IMG/VR virus record: IMGVR_UViG_3300020455_000008
Location: 20,946-84,945 of that record
Source: a virus
DNA: 64,000 nt
Strand: one strand, 5' to 3'
The position numbers and the translations under genes were made by a program. Of this stretch, positions 17,867 through 27,504 are shown piece by piece. The notes below the pieces were generated by a model. The model saw nothing but the letters and a program-made list of their open reading frames with translations. It did not search any database and had not been told where the DNA came from. Positions within the stretch are counted from its first letter, which is position 1; each line of letters opens with the position of its first letter.

Positions 17867-20843
17867 AAAATACTTCAGAAACGATCTAGGAGAACTTGTT
17901 TATCTACGCTCATATGCACGTTGGCTTGAGTCTGAGCATAGACGAGAGACTTGGAATGAAACCGTCAGTCGTGTAATGAGTTTCTTGTTTAAGGATTCAC
18001 CCGTCCAGCAAGAAGAGATAGACCTCATCGAAGAAATGATTTTAGAGCAGCAAGTTATGCCTTCTATGCGTTCATTGTGGGCGAGTGGAGACTTTGCTTC
18101 TGTTGATAATACTGCAATCTATAACTGCTCATTCCTACCCATCGATAACCTAAGAGCCTTCTGTGAGTTAATATACATCCTAATGCAAGGTACAGGCGTA
18201 GGTTTTTCGGTAGAGGGTAAGTTTGTTAATAAGCTACCTACTGTAGCCCAAATAGATGATACGCAGGTCGCTTCCCATCAAGTGGGGGATAGTGCTACTG
18301 GTTGGGCAGACGCAGTTTTTTTCGTAGTTACTCATGCGTGGAAGGGCTACGGCTCTATTGAGCTAGACTACTCACTTGTTAGGCCAAGAGGTAGTCGCTT
18401 AGTTACCAAGGGTGGAAGAGCAAGTGGCCCAGAGCCATTGAAAGCTGCCATCGAGTTCTTGATTGAGACTATCTACTCTGCTGAGGGAAGACAGCTCACA
18501 ACCCTAGAAGTTTACGATATGTGTTGCTCTTTAGCAGAAGTAGTAGTCGTAGGGGGTGTTAGACGTTCAGCTATGATCTCGTTTAGCGATCCCGATGATG
18601 AGTCAATGCGTCACGCCAAAGATTGGAAACGAGGTAACTTCCCACTCAAACGATATATGAGTAATAACAGTGCGTACTTCCAAGAAAGGCCAAGCAAAGA
18701 GGTCTTCGATAGGGAGTGGACACAACTCGCAGAGTCGGGGAGTGGTGAACGAGGTCTATCTATAGACAACTGGCATAGATATGCCCCAAGACCACAGGGT
18801 GGCACTCGATCTAACCCCTGCGTGACAGGCGATACTAGAGTTATGACAGAGGATGGCTTTATTCAGATAAAAGACTTCCTTAATGACCCTAAGACTTTAG
18901 TGATCGATTCTCGATTTGGTACTGAGAAGCAGGGTTATACTAGTGATAAAGGCGCTTTCATCACGGGTGAAAAGCAAGTGTTTAAATTAACTACAAAGCA
19001 AGGTTACGAAGTTAAGCTAACGGCAGATCACCGAGTTATGACCTCTAAGGGTTGGGTAGAAGCAAAAGATCTTGAGCTAGGTGATAAAATTCACATATGT
19101 AATAATGGCGGGATGTTTGGGTCTGAGGGCAATGAGGAGATAGGTGCTATTGCGGGGTGGTATGCAGGTGATGGAACTATTGCTGATGGAAGCCCAAGGT
19201 TATACTTCTACCACGAAGATAGAACTCTTACTTCTTACTTCAAGAGCTGCATAGAGAGCGTTGTGGGGCACGAGGTTAATATCTCTGAATATCTTCCTAC
19301 CAAGCGAGAGCACATAGAATCGGCTTCTTTGAGAGACTACTTGCCTACTGATGACCGAACTAAAGTTCCAGAGATAATTTGGAGAGGAACAGAAAAATGC
19401 CAAAAGTCTTATCTGTCGGCTCTGTTCTCAGCAGATGGCTGTGTGCTAGGCGACTTGAAAAAGGGCGCTTCCATTCGACTGCACTCAACTAAAATTGGTC
19501 ATCTGAAGGACGTGCAGCAAATATTATTAAACTTTAATGTTTATTCAAAGATATACACAGGTCGAATGAAAGAGGGCTTTAGGATAATGCCCGATGGTAA
19601 GGGGGGGTTGAAGAACTATTACTGTAAGGAATCAGCAGAGCTGATGATCTCTTGTAAAAGTTTGGTCACATTTTCACAAAGGATTGGGTTTATGCGACAG
19701 GATAAGCAAGAAGCCCTTAACTCGATTATTGACTCTTACAAGAGAAGACCTAATGCAGATAAGTTTGTCGCAGACTTTACGGGGCTTGAGCCTTTGGGGG
19801 TAGAGACTGTGTATGATTTGACTGAAGAGACTACACATTCCTTTATTGCAAATGGATTAGTCGTCCATAACTGCCATGAAATTGGTTTAAGATTTAGAGA
19901 ATCAAATGACCCTTGGTCGGGCGAAGGTGGGGGCGGTCAGTTCTGCAATCTCAGTGCTGTAGTTGTTCGCCCTGAAGACACATTAGATACACTAAAGCTA
20001 AAGGTGAGACTTGCTACGATCATTGGTTGTACTCAAGCTCAATTTACTAATTTTCCATATTTGCGCCCCGCCTGGAGAGAGCTATGTGAAGAGGATAGAT
20101 TAATTGGTGTGGACCTAACTGGTCAATGTGACCATCCAACTCTGTTAGATAATGTAGAAAACCTATCCATATTAAACGATGTGGCAATCTCTACAGCTAG
20201 TGAACTTTCTGAAATGTTGGGTATTAATATGCCAGCAGCAGTAACTTGCGGTAAACCAAGTGGCAACACCTCCCAAATGGTGGATTGTGCAAGTGGTTTC
20301 CATCCTCGTTACAGTGATTATTATTTTAGGCACGTTCGAGTTAGTGCAGATGATCCACTCTCAGCATTATTGAAGTCTGAAGGTGTACCTATGTTTCCTG
20401 AAGTAGGTCAAGAGAATCTTGATGAAAAAGATGTTAAAACATGGGTAGCACGTTTCCCCGTTAAGTCACCTAGTGGTTCGATGACTCGTAACGATGAGAG
20501 TTCATTTGATCAAATGGAGCGTTATCTGACAATAATGAAGGGTTGGTGTAGGGATCGAGGTCACAATCAATCAGCTACCATTTATGTAAAAGAGGACGAC
20601 TGGGGTAAGGTGGGTGAATGGGTTTGGGATAACTTTGACGACATCGTTGGGCTATCATTCCTACCTTACGATGGCGGTAACTATAAATTAGCGCCCTACG
20701 AAGAGATCTCTCAAGATGAATATGAGGACTGCATATTAGACTTCCCAAATATTGATTTCCAAAAGCTTTCTGAATTTGAAGATTTTGATCAAGGACAAGG
20801 TTCTACTGAGTTAGCTTGCACAGGTGGAACGTGTGAACTATAG
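17859..20843 (+). CDS. nrdJ: Class II (B12-dependent) ribonucleotide reductase, intein-interrupted
   Basis: PSMR, YNCSF, GTGVGF, GGVRRSA, NPC/CHE, FCNLS, KPSGN, C-terminal CTGGTCEL. Confidence 0.93.
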   Translation: MTRKYFRNDLGELVYLRSYARWLESEHRRETWNETVSRVMSFLFKDSPVQQEEIDLIEEMILEQQVMPSMRSLWASGDFASVDNTAIYNCSFLPIDNLRAFCELIYILMQGTGVGFSVEGKFVNKLPTVAQIDDTQVASHQVGDSATGWADAVFFVVTHAWKGYGSIELDYSLVRPRGSRLVTKGGRASGPEPLKAAIEFLIETIYSAEGRQLTTLEVYDMCCSLAEVVVVGGVRRSAMISFSDPDDESMRHAKDWKRGNFPLKRYMSNNSAYFQERPSKEVFDREWTQLAESGSGERGLSIDNWHRYAPRPQGGTRSNPCVTGDTRVMTEDGFIQIKDFLNDPKTLVIDSRFGTEKQGYTSDKGAFITGEKQVFKLTTKQGYEVKLTADHRVMTSKGWVEAKDLELGDKIHICNNGGMFGSEGNEEIGAIAGWYAGDGTIADGSPRLYFYHEDRTLTSYFKSCIESVVGHEVNISEYLPTKREHIESASLRDYLPTDDRTKVPEIIWRGTEKCQKSYLSALFSADGCVLGDLKKGASIRLHSTKIGHLKDVQQILLNFNVYSKIYTGRMKEGFRIMPDGKGGLKNYYCKESAELMISCKSLVTFSQRIGFMRQDKQEALNSIIDSYKRRPNADKFVADFTGLEPLGVETVYDLTEETTHSFIANGLVVHNCHEIGLRFRESNDPWSGEGGGGQFCNLSAVVVRPEDTLDTLKLKVRLATIIGCTQAQFTNFPYLRPAWRELCEEDRLIGVDLTGQCDHPTLLDNVENLSILNDVAISTASELSEMLGINMPAAVTCGKPSGNTSQMVDCASGFHPRYSDYYFRHVRVSADDPLSALLKSEGVPMFPEVGQENLDEKDVKTWVARFPVKSPSGSMTRNDESSFDQMERYLTIMKGWCRDRGHNQSATIYVKEDDWGKVGEWVWDNFDDIVGLSFLPYDGGNYKLAPYEEISQDEYEDCILDFPNIDFQKLSEFEDFDQGQGSTELACTGGTCEL
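18819..19871 (+). mobile_element. Intein (351 aa) with LAGLIDADG homing endonuclease
   Basis: Begins CVTGDT, block B LTADHRV, GWYAGDG and ALFSADG motifs, ends VYDL...VVHN|C. Confidence 0.95.
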
Positions 20844-20899
20844 AAACTGTAAGAAATCTCAGTTATTATGCAACGTCAATATATTTTTGAGGTTGTGTA

Positions 20900-22321
20900 A
20901 TGAAATGGTTAAAAAAGAGACAGGCGGCTGAAGCACTAGGTATACCACCAAGACGTGTGAGGACTTTGGCAGACAAGGGAGCACTGCCTGTTCGATACGA
21001 AGGTCACCATAAATACTATGGTATTATTGATTCTAATGAAGATGTTGAAGAGATAGAAACTAAAGCTAAAGCAGAGTTTTTTGAAAAACCTTCAGACAAG
21101 TACATATTCGATACTTCCAGTGATACATACTTGTTTTTTGGTCTACCCGATCAGCCACCCGTTGTTCGTGTGAGTCGAGAAAGGGTAGACTCACTGATTA
21201 GAGATTATTCTAATGAAACTGGTGGCGCTACTATAAACCAACTTGCGGGAAAATATGAGCTTTCAAGAGCTACAATAAAGTCTATAATTTCTTGGCTTGG
21301 TAAAACGCACGACTCTGCACCGTTTTCTGACGAGACTTTAGCTATGACAGAAGAAGATGAGTTAGCAACATCTGTCCTAAAGGCTAAAGAGCAACGTGTA
21401 CTTGTGAAAGCGCAAAAAAAACGGTTACGAAGACATGAAGCAGTATTAGATAATGAAGATTGGATTCGCCATTTTCTCAAAGATTTGATGAATACTATAC
21501 CTGAACACAAAGCTGCTAAACCTAAGAAAAAGAAAAGATCATCTAGTAACCCATACATAGCTGTTTTGGGTTTAACAGATCTACATATAGGTAAGAGAGG
21601 GATTGATGGTTTCAACTCTCAAGTGGCCGCAGATAGAGCGATTAGAACTGTAACCGAAGCTGCGAAGTCTGCGAACTCTATGTGGGGCACTCCCGAGTAC
21701 TTTGTGATAACGTGTGGTAGTGATATGTTGCACGTAGATAACTACCAGGGAACTACCCAAAAAGGTACACCAATGGACACCGACATAGACGCTGTAGATA
21801 TGATGTCTATCGCATATCGAACAATGGAGTATCTAGTGTTGCACTTACAGAGCTACGCACCCGTAAAAGTTGTGGCTATGACAGGTAACCACGACCGTAT
21901 GTTAAGCGCATTGCTAGGCATGATGATTGACGCTAGATTCCATGATGATGATAGTATTGAAGTTTTAGACGGTAGTCGTGGAAGTGCATATATTCGGTAT
22001 GGCGACTCGCTTCTCGGTTTCAATCATGGTGACTCTATCAAGCCCCATAATCTACCTAGTGTAATGTCTGCTGAACGCCCAAAGGACTGGGGGGAGTGTG
22101 ATGGTAACTGGGAATGGTTCTGTGGGCATTTACACTCATTAGTCTTAAGAGTTAGTGAGTATAATGGTTGTCGAGTGTGGACAATGCCCGCACTCAGTGG
22201 TACTGATAGATGGCATAAGTTAAACGGTTACTCCTTCAATAGAAAACAACTAGCTATGTTTAGAGTAGAACCTAAAAATGGTGTGACCGCTATAGAATTA
22301 ATTGAAGGTACTGATGAGTAA
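20900..22321 (+). CDS. HTH-containing calcineurin-like metallophosphoesterase
   Basis: TDLHIG, GSDMLH, GNHD, HGD, GHLH; N-terminal excisionase-like HTH. Confidence 0.8.
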   Translation: MKWLKKRQAAEALGIPPRRVRTLADKGALPVRYEGHHKYYGIIDSNEDVEEIETKAKAEFFEKPSDKYIFDTSSDTYLFFGLPDQPPVVRVSRERVDSLIRDYSNETGGATINQLAGKYELSRATIKSIISWLGKTHDSAPFSDETLAMTEEDELATSVLKAKEQRVLVKAQKKRLRRHEAVLDNEDWIRHFLKDLMNTIPEHKAAKPKKKKRSSSNPYIAVLGLTDLHIGKRGIDGFNSQVAADRAIRTVTEAAKSANSMWGTPEYFVITCGSDMLHVDNYQGTTQKGTPMDTDIDAVDMMSIAYRTMEYLVLHLQSYAPVKVVAMTGNHDRMLSALLGMMIDARFHDDDSIEVLDGSRGSAYIRYGDSLLGFNHGDSIKPHNLPSVMSAERPKDWGECDGNWEWFCGHLHSLVLRVSEYNGCRVWTMPALSGTDRWHKLNGYSFNRKQLAMFRVEPKNGVTAIELIEGTDE

Positions 22322-22958
22322 TATTGAAGTTTTAGATAAAGGTTTTGTAAAACTAATAGATGTGATGGGTTCGGATAAAAGCGTAGTCAACTCAGCTAGG
22401 ATAAGCTTTGCAAAACAAGTAGAAGATATTGGTGCTAGGGATGAAAAACTCATTCGTTACCTATGGGAGCATAAGCACACTAGCCCCTTTCGTCATGCTA
22501 CATTACAATTTCATATTAAAGCGCCGCTCTTTGTATTACGTCAGTGGATGAAACACCAAGTGGGCTGCGCATGGAATGAAGTGAGTGGGAGGTATGTCGA
22601 GTTCAATAGTGAATTCTATCTGCCTAATAATTGGCGTGAGCAACATGAGTCAAATAAACAGGGTTCAAAAGGATCTGTTGATGATCAAGAAAAAGCTGGG
22701 CTTACCTATGTTGACTCTATGCATTTCTCTATCAATCGTTACTTAGAGCTTTTAGATCTAGGAGTGTGTAAAGAGCAAGCGAGGATGGTGCTGCCGCTAT
22801 CGTTGTATACGGAGTGTTATTGGACCGCAAGTTTACAAGCAGTTATGCATTTCCTTGAGCTACGAGAGGACTCCCACTCACAGTGGGAGATACAGCAATA
22901 CGCTAATGCAGTACGCTCTTTAAGTTCCTCTCATTTTCCAATAACTCTATCTCTGTAA
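22314..22958 (+). CDS. thyX: Flavin-dependent thymidylate synthase
   Basis: NSARISF, HTSPF, QWMKHQ..WNEVSGRY, EQARMVLP, HSQWEI. Confidence 0.93.
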   Translation: MSNIEVLDKGFVKLIDVMGSDKSVVNSARISFAKQVEDIGARDEKLIRYLWEHKHTSPFRHATLQFHIKAPLFVLRQWMKHQVGCAWNEVSGRYVEFNSEFYLPNNWREQHESNKQGSKGSVDDQEKAGLTYVDSMHFSINRYLELLDLGVCKEQARMVLPLSLYTECYWTASLQAVMHFLELREDSHSQWEIQQYANAVRSLSSSHFPITLSL

Positions 22959-22998
22959 TCTGATAAAATCTCTCGTAACATTTTATGAGGGAGATTCT

Positions 22999-23874
22999 AT
23001 GTTTGATCTTGCACAACTAATTGTTGAACCTACAGAGATTGACCAATTTTATAGAACGGGAGTGATTGAGAATACAGAAGCCAATGAGTTACCTAACTAC
23101 TTTTTTTGTCTTCGTACAGAAGATGGTAAACAGAGTGCGTTAGGATACTACAATGATGAGACTAGTTATTTAGAATTATTGAAGACAAAAGAGCTTCAGT
23201 ATCAGGGTTTTAAACCAAGGGATGGAGCGCAATCTTGTCTATTTTGGGCATTGAAAAGGAATGATTTGATCGTAGGTCTTGGTAGTGCGGGTACGGGTAA
23301 AACGACAGTAGCCCTTGCATATGCATTAAATGAGTTACATCGTAATGCTAAGGACATTGTTTTGTGTAAGCCTACCACTTTTGTGGGGATGAAAAGCAAT
23401 GCGATAGGTGCAATCCCAGGCGATCATAGAGAAAAGCTTGAGGGCTACATGGACAGTTATTTTACTGCTATGAAAAAGATTATGGGGGAGACATTCGAAC
23501 ATCACCTCTACCAGCTTGAAGAAGAGGGTAGGATTCTGTTTAAGCCATTCGAGTTGCTGAGAGGGCAGCACTTTGAGAATAGTGTCGTCATTATCGATGA
23601 AGCACAGAATACGACACCACATGAGTTATTAACAGCTATCTCAAGGGTAGGTGCGCATAGTACACTAATCATTCTTGGTGATCCTGATCAGATTGACTCG
23701 GGCTTAGGTCGTGAAGAAACTGGTCTATGGAAACTCATTCATAGTGACTCATTTGGTGAGTGTCCTTTTGCAGTCGGTATTAAGCTAACAGCGCAGTATC
23801 GCAGTGCAATGGCTCAATTAGCACAAGAGGTTATTGAAGAGTTAAGGGCTGAAAAAGAAGAGAATGAAAAATAA
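22999..23874 (+). CDS. phoH: PhoH-family ATPase
   Basis: GSAGTGKT, LRGQHF, IIDEAQN, GDPDQID. Confidence 0.9.
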   Translation: MFDLAQLIVEPTEIDQFYRTGVIENTEANELPNYFFCLRTEDGKQSALGYYNDETSYLELLKTKELQYQGFKPRDGAQSCLFWALKRNDLIVGLGSAGTGKTTVALAYALNELHRNAKDIVLCKPTTFVGMKSNAIGAIPGDHREKLEGYMDSYFTAMKKIMGETFEHHLYQLEEEGRILFKPFELLRGQHFENSVVIIDEAQNTTPHELLTAISRVGAHSTLIILGDPDQIDSGLGREETGLWKLIHSDSFGECPFAVGIKLTAQYRSAMAQLAQEVIEELRAEKEENEK

Positions 23875-23883
23875 ATTAAAAAT

Positions 23884-23917
23884 AGTTATTGAAAACTCTT
23901 TTTAGATGGGGTATCTC
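23884..23917 (+). promoter_or_regulatory. Palindrome variant overlapping the -35 of a putative promoter
   Basis: AGTTATTGAAAACT; TTGAAA-17-TATCTC. Confidence 0.45.
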
Positions 23918-23951
23918 TTGTAAGTCAACAGCGACAATCACTAACGATAAG

Positions 23952-24237
23952 ACCTACGGGTCAAGAAAGAGAACAAAAGAATGATTGAGGTTTACCCAAC
24001 TTTACAAGCCGTTATCTTTAACGGAAAAAACGGACTAAACAATAAACTTGTTTATAACTATATTGTTCGCAATGAAGAGAAAAAGCTTACTTTTACTGAA
24101 ATTTGTTCTGCTGTTTCTTCTGAATACTCAGGAGGTCGCAAAAAACTAACTCCTTTTAAAGTAGCACTTGCTATTCGTGCCCTACGCCAAGCGGGCCTAG
24201 TTACATAAAGAAACAACCTACGGGTTAAGAAAGAGAA
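23952..24237 (+). repeat. Duplicated 22-bp leader ACCTACGGGTYAAGAAAGAGAA
   Basis: Copies 23952-23973 and 24216-24237, each just before an ATG. Confidence 0.8.
23981..24208 (+). CDS. Small winged-helix-like protein
   Basis: VYNYI...TFTEIC...VALAIRALRQAGLV. Confidence 0.6.
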   Translation: MIEVYPTLQAVIFNGKNGLNNKLVYNYIVRNEEKKLTFTEICSAVSSEYSGGRKKLTPFKVALAIRALRQAGLVT

Positions 24238-24243
24238 AATAAG

Positions 24244-24483
24244 ATGAAAAATACAAATTTACTAAAACAATATTATGCCGCAATGAAAATACTTGAAAAA
24301 GTAGGTGATGAAGAAACTCGTCAAGCCGTTGAACCGCTTCTACATTTATTGATTCAAAACGATAGTAAGCTAAAAAGGGTTCAAGGTCAGCTCAGAGACC
24401 TAATGGCTGCGGCTGGTATGTTTGAACATGAGGGTATGAAGTGTGACCTTATGGTCAGAGGATGGGAAAAGAAAGACAACTAA
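24244..24483 (+). CDS. Hypothetical protein
   Basis: ORF after repeated leader. Confidence 0.6.
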   Translation: MKNTNLLKQYYAAMKILEKVGDEETRQAVEPLLHLLIQNDSKLKRVQGQLRDLMAAAGMFEHEGMKCDLMVRGWEKKDN

Positions 24484-24527
24484 GACAAGAACCCGTAAGA
24501 CAATAAAACAAATAGAAAGACACAACA

Positions 24528-24899
24528 ATGAATAACAAACAACTGACACCCAACTTGATTCCTTTATTACAGAAAAACTTAGGCGAAAACTTAGGAGGAG
24601 TAGGGTTTAGCCGTAAACGTAAATATAACCCTTTGGGTACGTATTCTAACGAGTCTAAATCATCTAACGAGTCTCTTATGGGTAGGCACTTCTCGTTCAT
24701 AATAATAGCGGTAGACGCAGACAATAACTGTGTTTGGCTAGAAGGCCGAAGCAGTGAAAGTTCAAATACTCACAATAACCGTTATCATGGCAGTGTTTGC
24801 GTAGAGCTAGATGGTTGTATGTCGAGAAGAGATATAGCTCAAAGAGGTGCAGATCAATCCCCCGACTTTTACAAAGATGAAGTTGCTGGGTCATATTGA
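24528..24899 (+). CDS. Hypothetical protein
   Basis: ORF on the coding strand of the cluster. Confidence 0.45.
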   Translation: MNNKQLTPNLIPLLQKNLGENLGGVGFSRKRKYNPLGTYSNESKSSNESLMGRHFSFIIIAVDADNNCVWLEGRSSESSNTHNNRYHGSVCVELDGCMSRRDIAQRGADQSPDFYKDEVAGSY

Positions 24900-25464
24900 A
24901 AGTGTTGGTAAGGTAATGACAATGTCGGTTAGCAAATATGATTCAAATGGTCTTTGCTGGCAAAGAGGTAGAGCTTTTGAAGATAATCTGAAGGATCTAT
25001 TTATCAAAAAGGGCTACAAGGTTAGACCATCCACCCAGGAAGAGGACTATAAGCTTCATGCTGACTTTTGGGCATACTCAGACACATGGGGTAGGTGGTT
25101 AAGCGTGGACGCAAAAGCAATGAAGCGCATACAGAGAAATGGTGAGTTACAAGATGAGTTCACATATGTAGAGTGGAAAAATACTGCGGGTTATGCGGGT
25201 TGGTTATTGTGCGGTGCCGATGTAGTTGCATTTGAGCGCAGACGCAGCATAGTTCTTGCAGTCAGACATAGGCTAAAGGATTGGTGCTCTGAGAGAGTAG
25301 ATCGCAGTAAAACAGTAGACTCTCCAGCTCAATCATTATACTGTTCATACTCAAGAACTGGTAGGGAAGATGAGATCAGTATGATACGCATATCTGATAT
25401 ACCTATCGCCTTGACGACCATATGGATTACAGATGACAGAGAAGCCCCAAACGATATACCTTGA
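24847..25464 (+). CDS. PD-(D/E)XK nuclease-like protein
   Basis: GRAFE, HADF, VDAKAMK, VEWKN..GWL; true start probably later. Confidence 0.65.
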   Translation: MQINPPTFTKMKLLGHIESVGKVMTMSVSKYDSNGLCWQRGRAFEDNLKDLFIKKGYKVRPSTQEEDYKLHADFWAYSDTWGRWLSVDAKAMKRIQRNGELQDEFTYVEWKNTAGYAGWLLCGADVVAFERRRSIVLAVRHRLKDWCSERVDRSKTVDSPAQSLYCSYSRTGREDEISMIRISDIPIALTTIWITDDREAPNDIP

Positions 25465-25741
25465 ACCAAAAGAGACATACGATCAATGTATCCTCAAAAT
25501 TGAGGATGGTATTGTTTATTACTGCGTAGACTCAATACTAAACATATTGACTGACGATTTTGAGTCGTGGGTCAAAGACAGCCCAAGTTTCTCAGAACAA
25601 GATGAGAGTTACGAATATCAAGCTATAACACTAGCGTTAGAATGGTTTGATCACAATATGCACAGTGCATATCTTGGTAGGTATTCACCTAGATATGTAT
25701 TTAACACAGAAGACATGGAAAATAATGAATGTGGATCATAG
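25433..25741 (+). CDS. Hypothetical phage protein
   Basis: ALEWFDHN..AYLG..P motif. Confidence 0.65.
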   Translation: MTEKPQTIYLEPKETYDQCILKIEDGIVYYCVDSILNILTDDFESWVKDSPSFSEQDESYEYQAITLALEWFDHNMHSAYLGRYSPRYVFNTEDMENNECGS

Positions 25742-27089
25742 CGAAAAACTTACCCATATATCCCTCTGCACAGGCTACGGGGGGATTGATCTTGGACTCA
25801 AACGAGCTATCGGATCAGTTAGCACAGTCTGTTATGTGGAGATCGAAGCCTTCGTCATCGAAAACTTGGTTGCGAAGATTGAAGCGGAAATCATCGACCC
25901 CGCGCCTATTTTCACAAACCTTAAAACCTTCCCTTGGGAACACTTTAGTGGACGAGTGGACATCCTCAGTGGAGGGTTTCCTTGTCAACCATTTAGTGCC
26001 GCAGGAAGAAGGGGCGGAGATGAAGATCCCCGACACCTGTGGCCATACATTGTCGATGGAATCAAACGGCTTGGAAGACCTCCCATTGTTTTCTTCGAGA
26101 ACGTGGAGGGAATCCTCAGCTCAAAGCTCAAGGGTGACCAATGGTCAGACCCCGAAGGAACACCCGTTTTGCTTCATGTCCATCGAGAGCTGGAAAGATT
26201 GGGTTACAGAGCAACGTCAAGCGTATTCTCAGCGGCTGAAGTTGGCGCAACACACAGAAGAAAAAGGGTCTTTATTCTCGGTGTCAGAAATGACCTCTCA
26301 GACAAAGGTAGGGAATGGATCACTCAAAGCATGGGCAACACCAAGGGCGAGCAAAATAGGTTCAGAGAACTTGGAGAAGTGGAAGAAGAGAGCAGAGAAA
26401 GGTCAAGTCAGCACAATGCCACTCGGTTTACAAGTGGAGGTTTCAGAACAGCATACCCCGCACCAAGGGGAGCAGAGCAATACCCCTATGAGCCACCAAG
26501 AACTCAATTGGGCAACTCCCAACACGATGGATCACCTATCCCCGAAAAGTGCGGAAACCCTAATGAGACAGGCCACAACTGTCAGAAAGGGCCGCAAATA
26601 TCCATCGAATCTGAGAGAGCAGGTCGATCCGAAGTCTATGCAAATATACAAGGAAACGAACTGGGCAACCCCCACGTCAAGGGATTGGAAGGGGGCGTAC
26701 TCAGAGGAGGGTCTGATCTTAAATCCAAAATGGGTTGCACTATTACCCGATCAAGTAAAAGAGAATCAGAAAATGTGGACAACCCCGATCAGTCGAGATT
26801 GTTACGAGATAGAAATGAAACAACAAATACCGAATCGGAAAGACGGGAAGACTCGCTTAGACACGATGCCGAGACAGATTCATCATCAAGAGGGGTACAA
26901 GGGGAAATTGAATCCGAGGTGGGTGGAAATGTTGATGGGTTTACCCATTGGATGGACTATGCCGAGTTGTACGAATCCTGTGATAGTAGAATTGACGAGC
27001 TTAGGATGTTGGGAAACGGAGTTGTACCTGACACCGCCAAAAGAGCCTTCACAGTTTTGTGGCAAATCTTACGTAGAGGAAGATATTAA
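25725..27089 (+). CDS. DNA (cytosine-5) methyltransferase, catalytic (alpha-like) chain
   Basis: Motif I SLCTGYGG, IV GGFPCQPFS, VI ENV, VIII HRRKRVF, X LRMLGNGVVP; no recognisable TRD or motif IX in this frame. Confidence 0.9.
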   Translation: MNVDHSEKLTHISLCTGYGGIDLGLKRAIGSVSTVCYVEIEAFVIENLVAKIEAEIIDPAPIFTNLKTFPWEHFSGRVDILSGGFPCQPFSAAGRRGGDEDPRHLWPYIVDGIKRLGRPPIVFFENVEGILSSKLKGDQWSDPEGTPVLLHVHRELERLGYRATSSVFSAAEVGATHRRKRVFILGVRNDLSDKGREWITQSMGNTKGEQNRFRELGEVEEESRERSSQHNATRFTSGGFRTAYPAPRGAEQYPYEPPRTQLGNSQHDGSPIPEKCGNPNETGHNCQKGPQISIESERAGRSEVYANIQGNELGNPHVKGLEGGVLRGGSDLKSKMGCTITRSSKRESENVDNPDQSRLLRDRNETTNTESERREDSLRHDAETDSSSRGVQGEIESEVGGNVDGFTHWMDYAELYESCDSRIDELRMLGNGVVPDTAKRAFTVLWQILRRGRY

Positions 27090-27111
27090 TGATAGTAATA
27101 CTAATCAGTAG
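25729..27111 (+). CDS. Overlapping-frame methyltransferase partner (beta-like) chain with four W(A/T)TP repeats and motif IX-like segment
   Basis: 460 codons open in the +1 frame; WATP x3, WTTP; GKLNPRWVEMLMGLPIGWT. Confidence 0.8.
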   Translation: MWIIAKNLPIYPSAQATGGLILDSNELSDQLAQSVMWRSKPSSSKTWLRRLKRKSSTPRLFSQTLKPSLGNTLVDEWTSSVEGFLVNHLVPQEEGAEMKIPDTCGHTLSMESNGLEDLPLFSSRTWRESSAQSSRVTNGQTPKEHPFCFMSIESWKDWVTEQRQAYSQRLKLAQHTEEKGSLFSVSEMTSQTKVGNGSLKAWATPRASKIGSENLEKWKKRAEKGQVSTMPLGLQVEVSEQHTPHQGEQSNTPMSHQELNWATPNTMDHLSPKSAETLMRQATTVRKGRKYPSNLREQVDPKSMQIYKETNWATPTSRDWKGAYSEEGLILNPKWVALLPDQVKENQKMWTTPISRDCYEIEMKQQIPNRKDGKTRLDTMPRQIHHQEGYKGKLNPRWVEMLMGLPIGWTMPSCTNPVIVELTSLGCWETELYLTPPKEPSQFCGKSYVEEDINDSNTNQ

Positions 27112-27162
27112 CTTAATGACGATACTCTTGTGTGCCGCAGTTCTAGCTGAATACCTAGACAC

Positions 27163-27504
27163 CTAGTCATCTTCATCTAAGTCCATATCAAAATCAACTT
27201 CATCTTGTAGCTCAATAATACCAACGTGCTCAAATTTATTGAGTTCTACCTCTTCGTAGATAATAACTTGCTTTAACTCTAACTCTTCTGCAATCTCTTC
27301 CATGACAGCTACACACCGATCTCTGTCATTAGAAATCATACACAGACCTTTTGCTACGGGCTGGTAGAACAGATACAAATTAGCCCACATTGCTAACGGA
27401 ACTATCAAAAACGCAGTGATCAGTGACGTGAATAAAATGCAGATGATCACATAAATGACAAATAGAGCTTTTAGTAGATCGTCTTTATCAATATTAATCT
27501 CCAT
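27163..27504 (-). CDS. Membrane protein, hypothetical
   Basis: Long N-terminal hydrophobic segment, acidic tail; GGAGG RBS. Confidence 0.65.
   Translation of the reverse strand: MEINIDKDDLLKALFVIYVIICILFTSLITAFLIVPLAMWANLYLFYQPVAKGLCMISNDRDRCVAVMEEIAEELELKQVIIYEEVELNKFEHVGIIELQDEVDFDMDLDEDD

Noticed and set aside
25725-27111. Methyltransferase as a frameshifted pseudogene or sequencing error
   Set aside because: Both frames are open over the full length with adjacent start codons, and conserved motifs alternate A-B-A; one indel cannot produce this.
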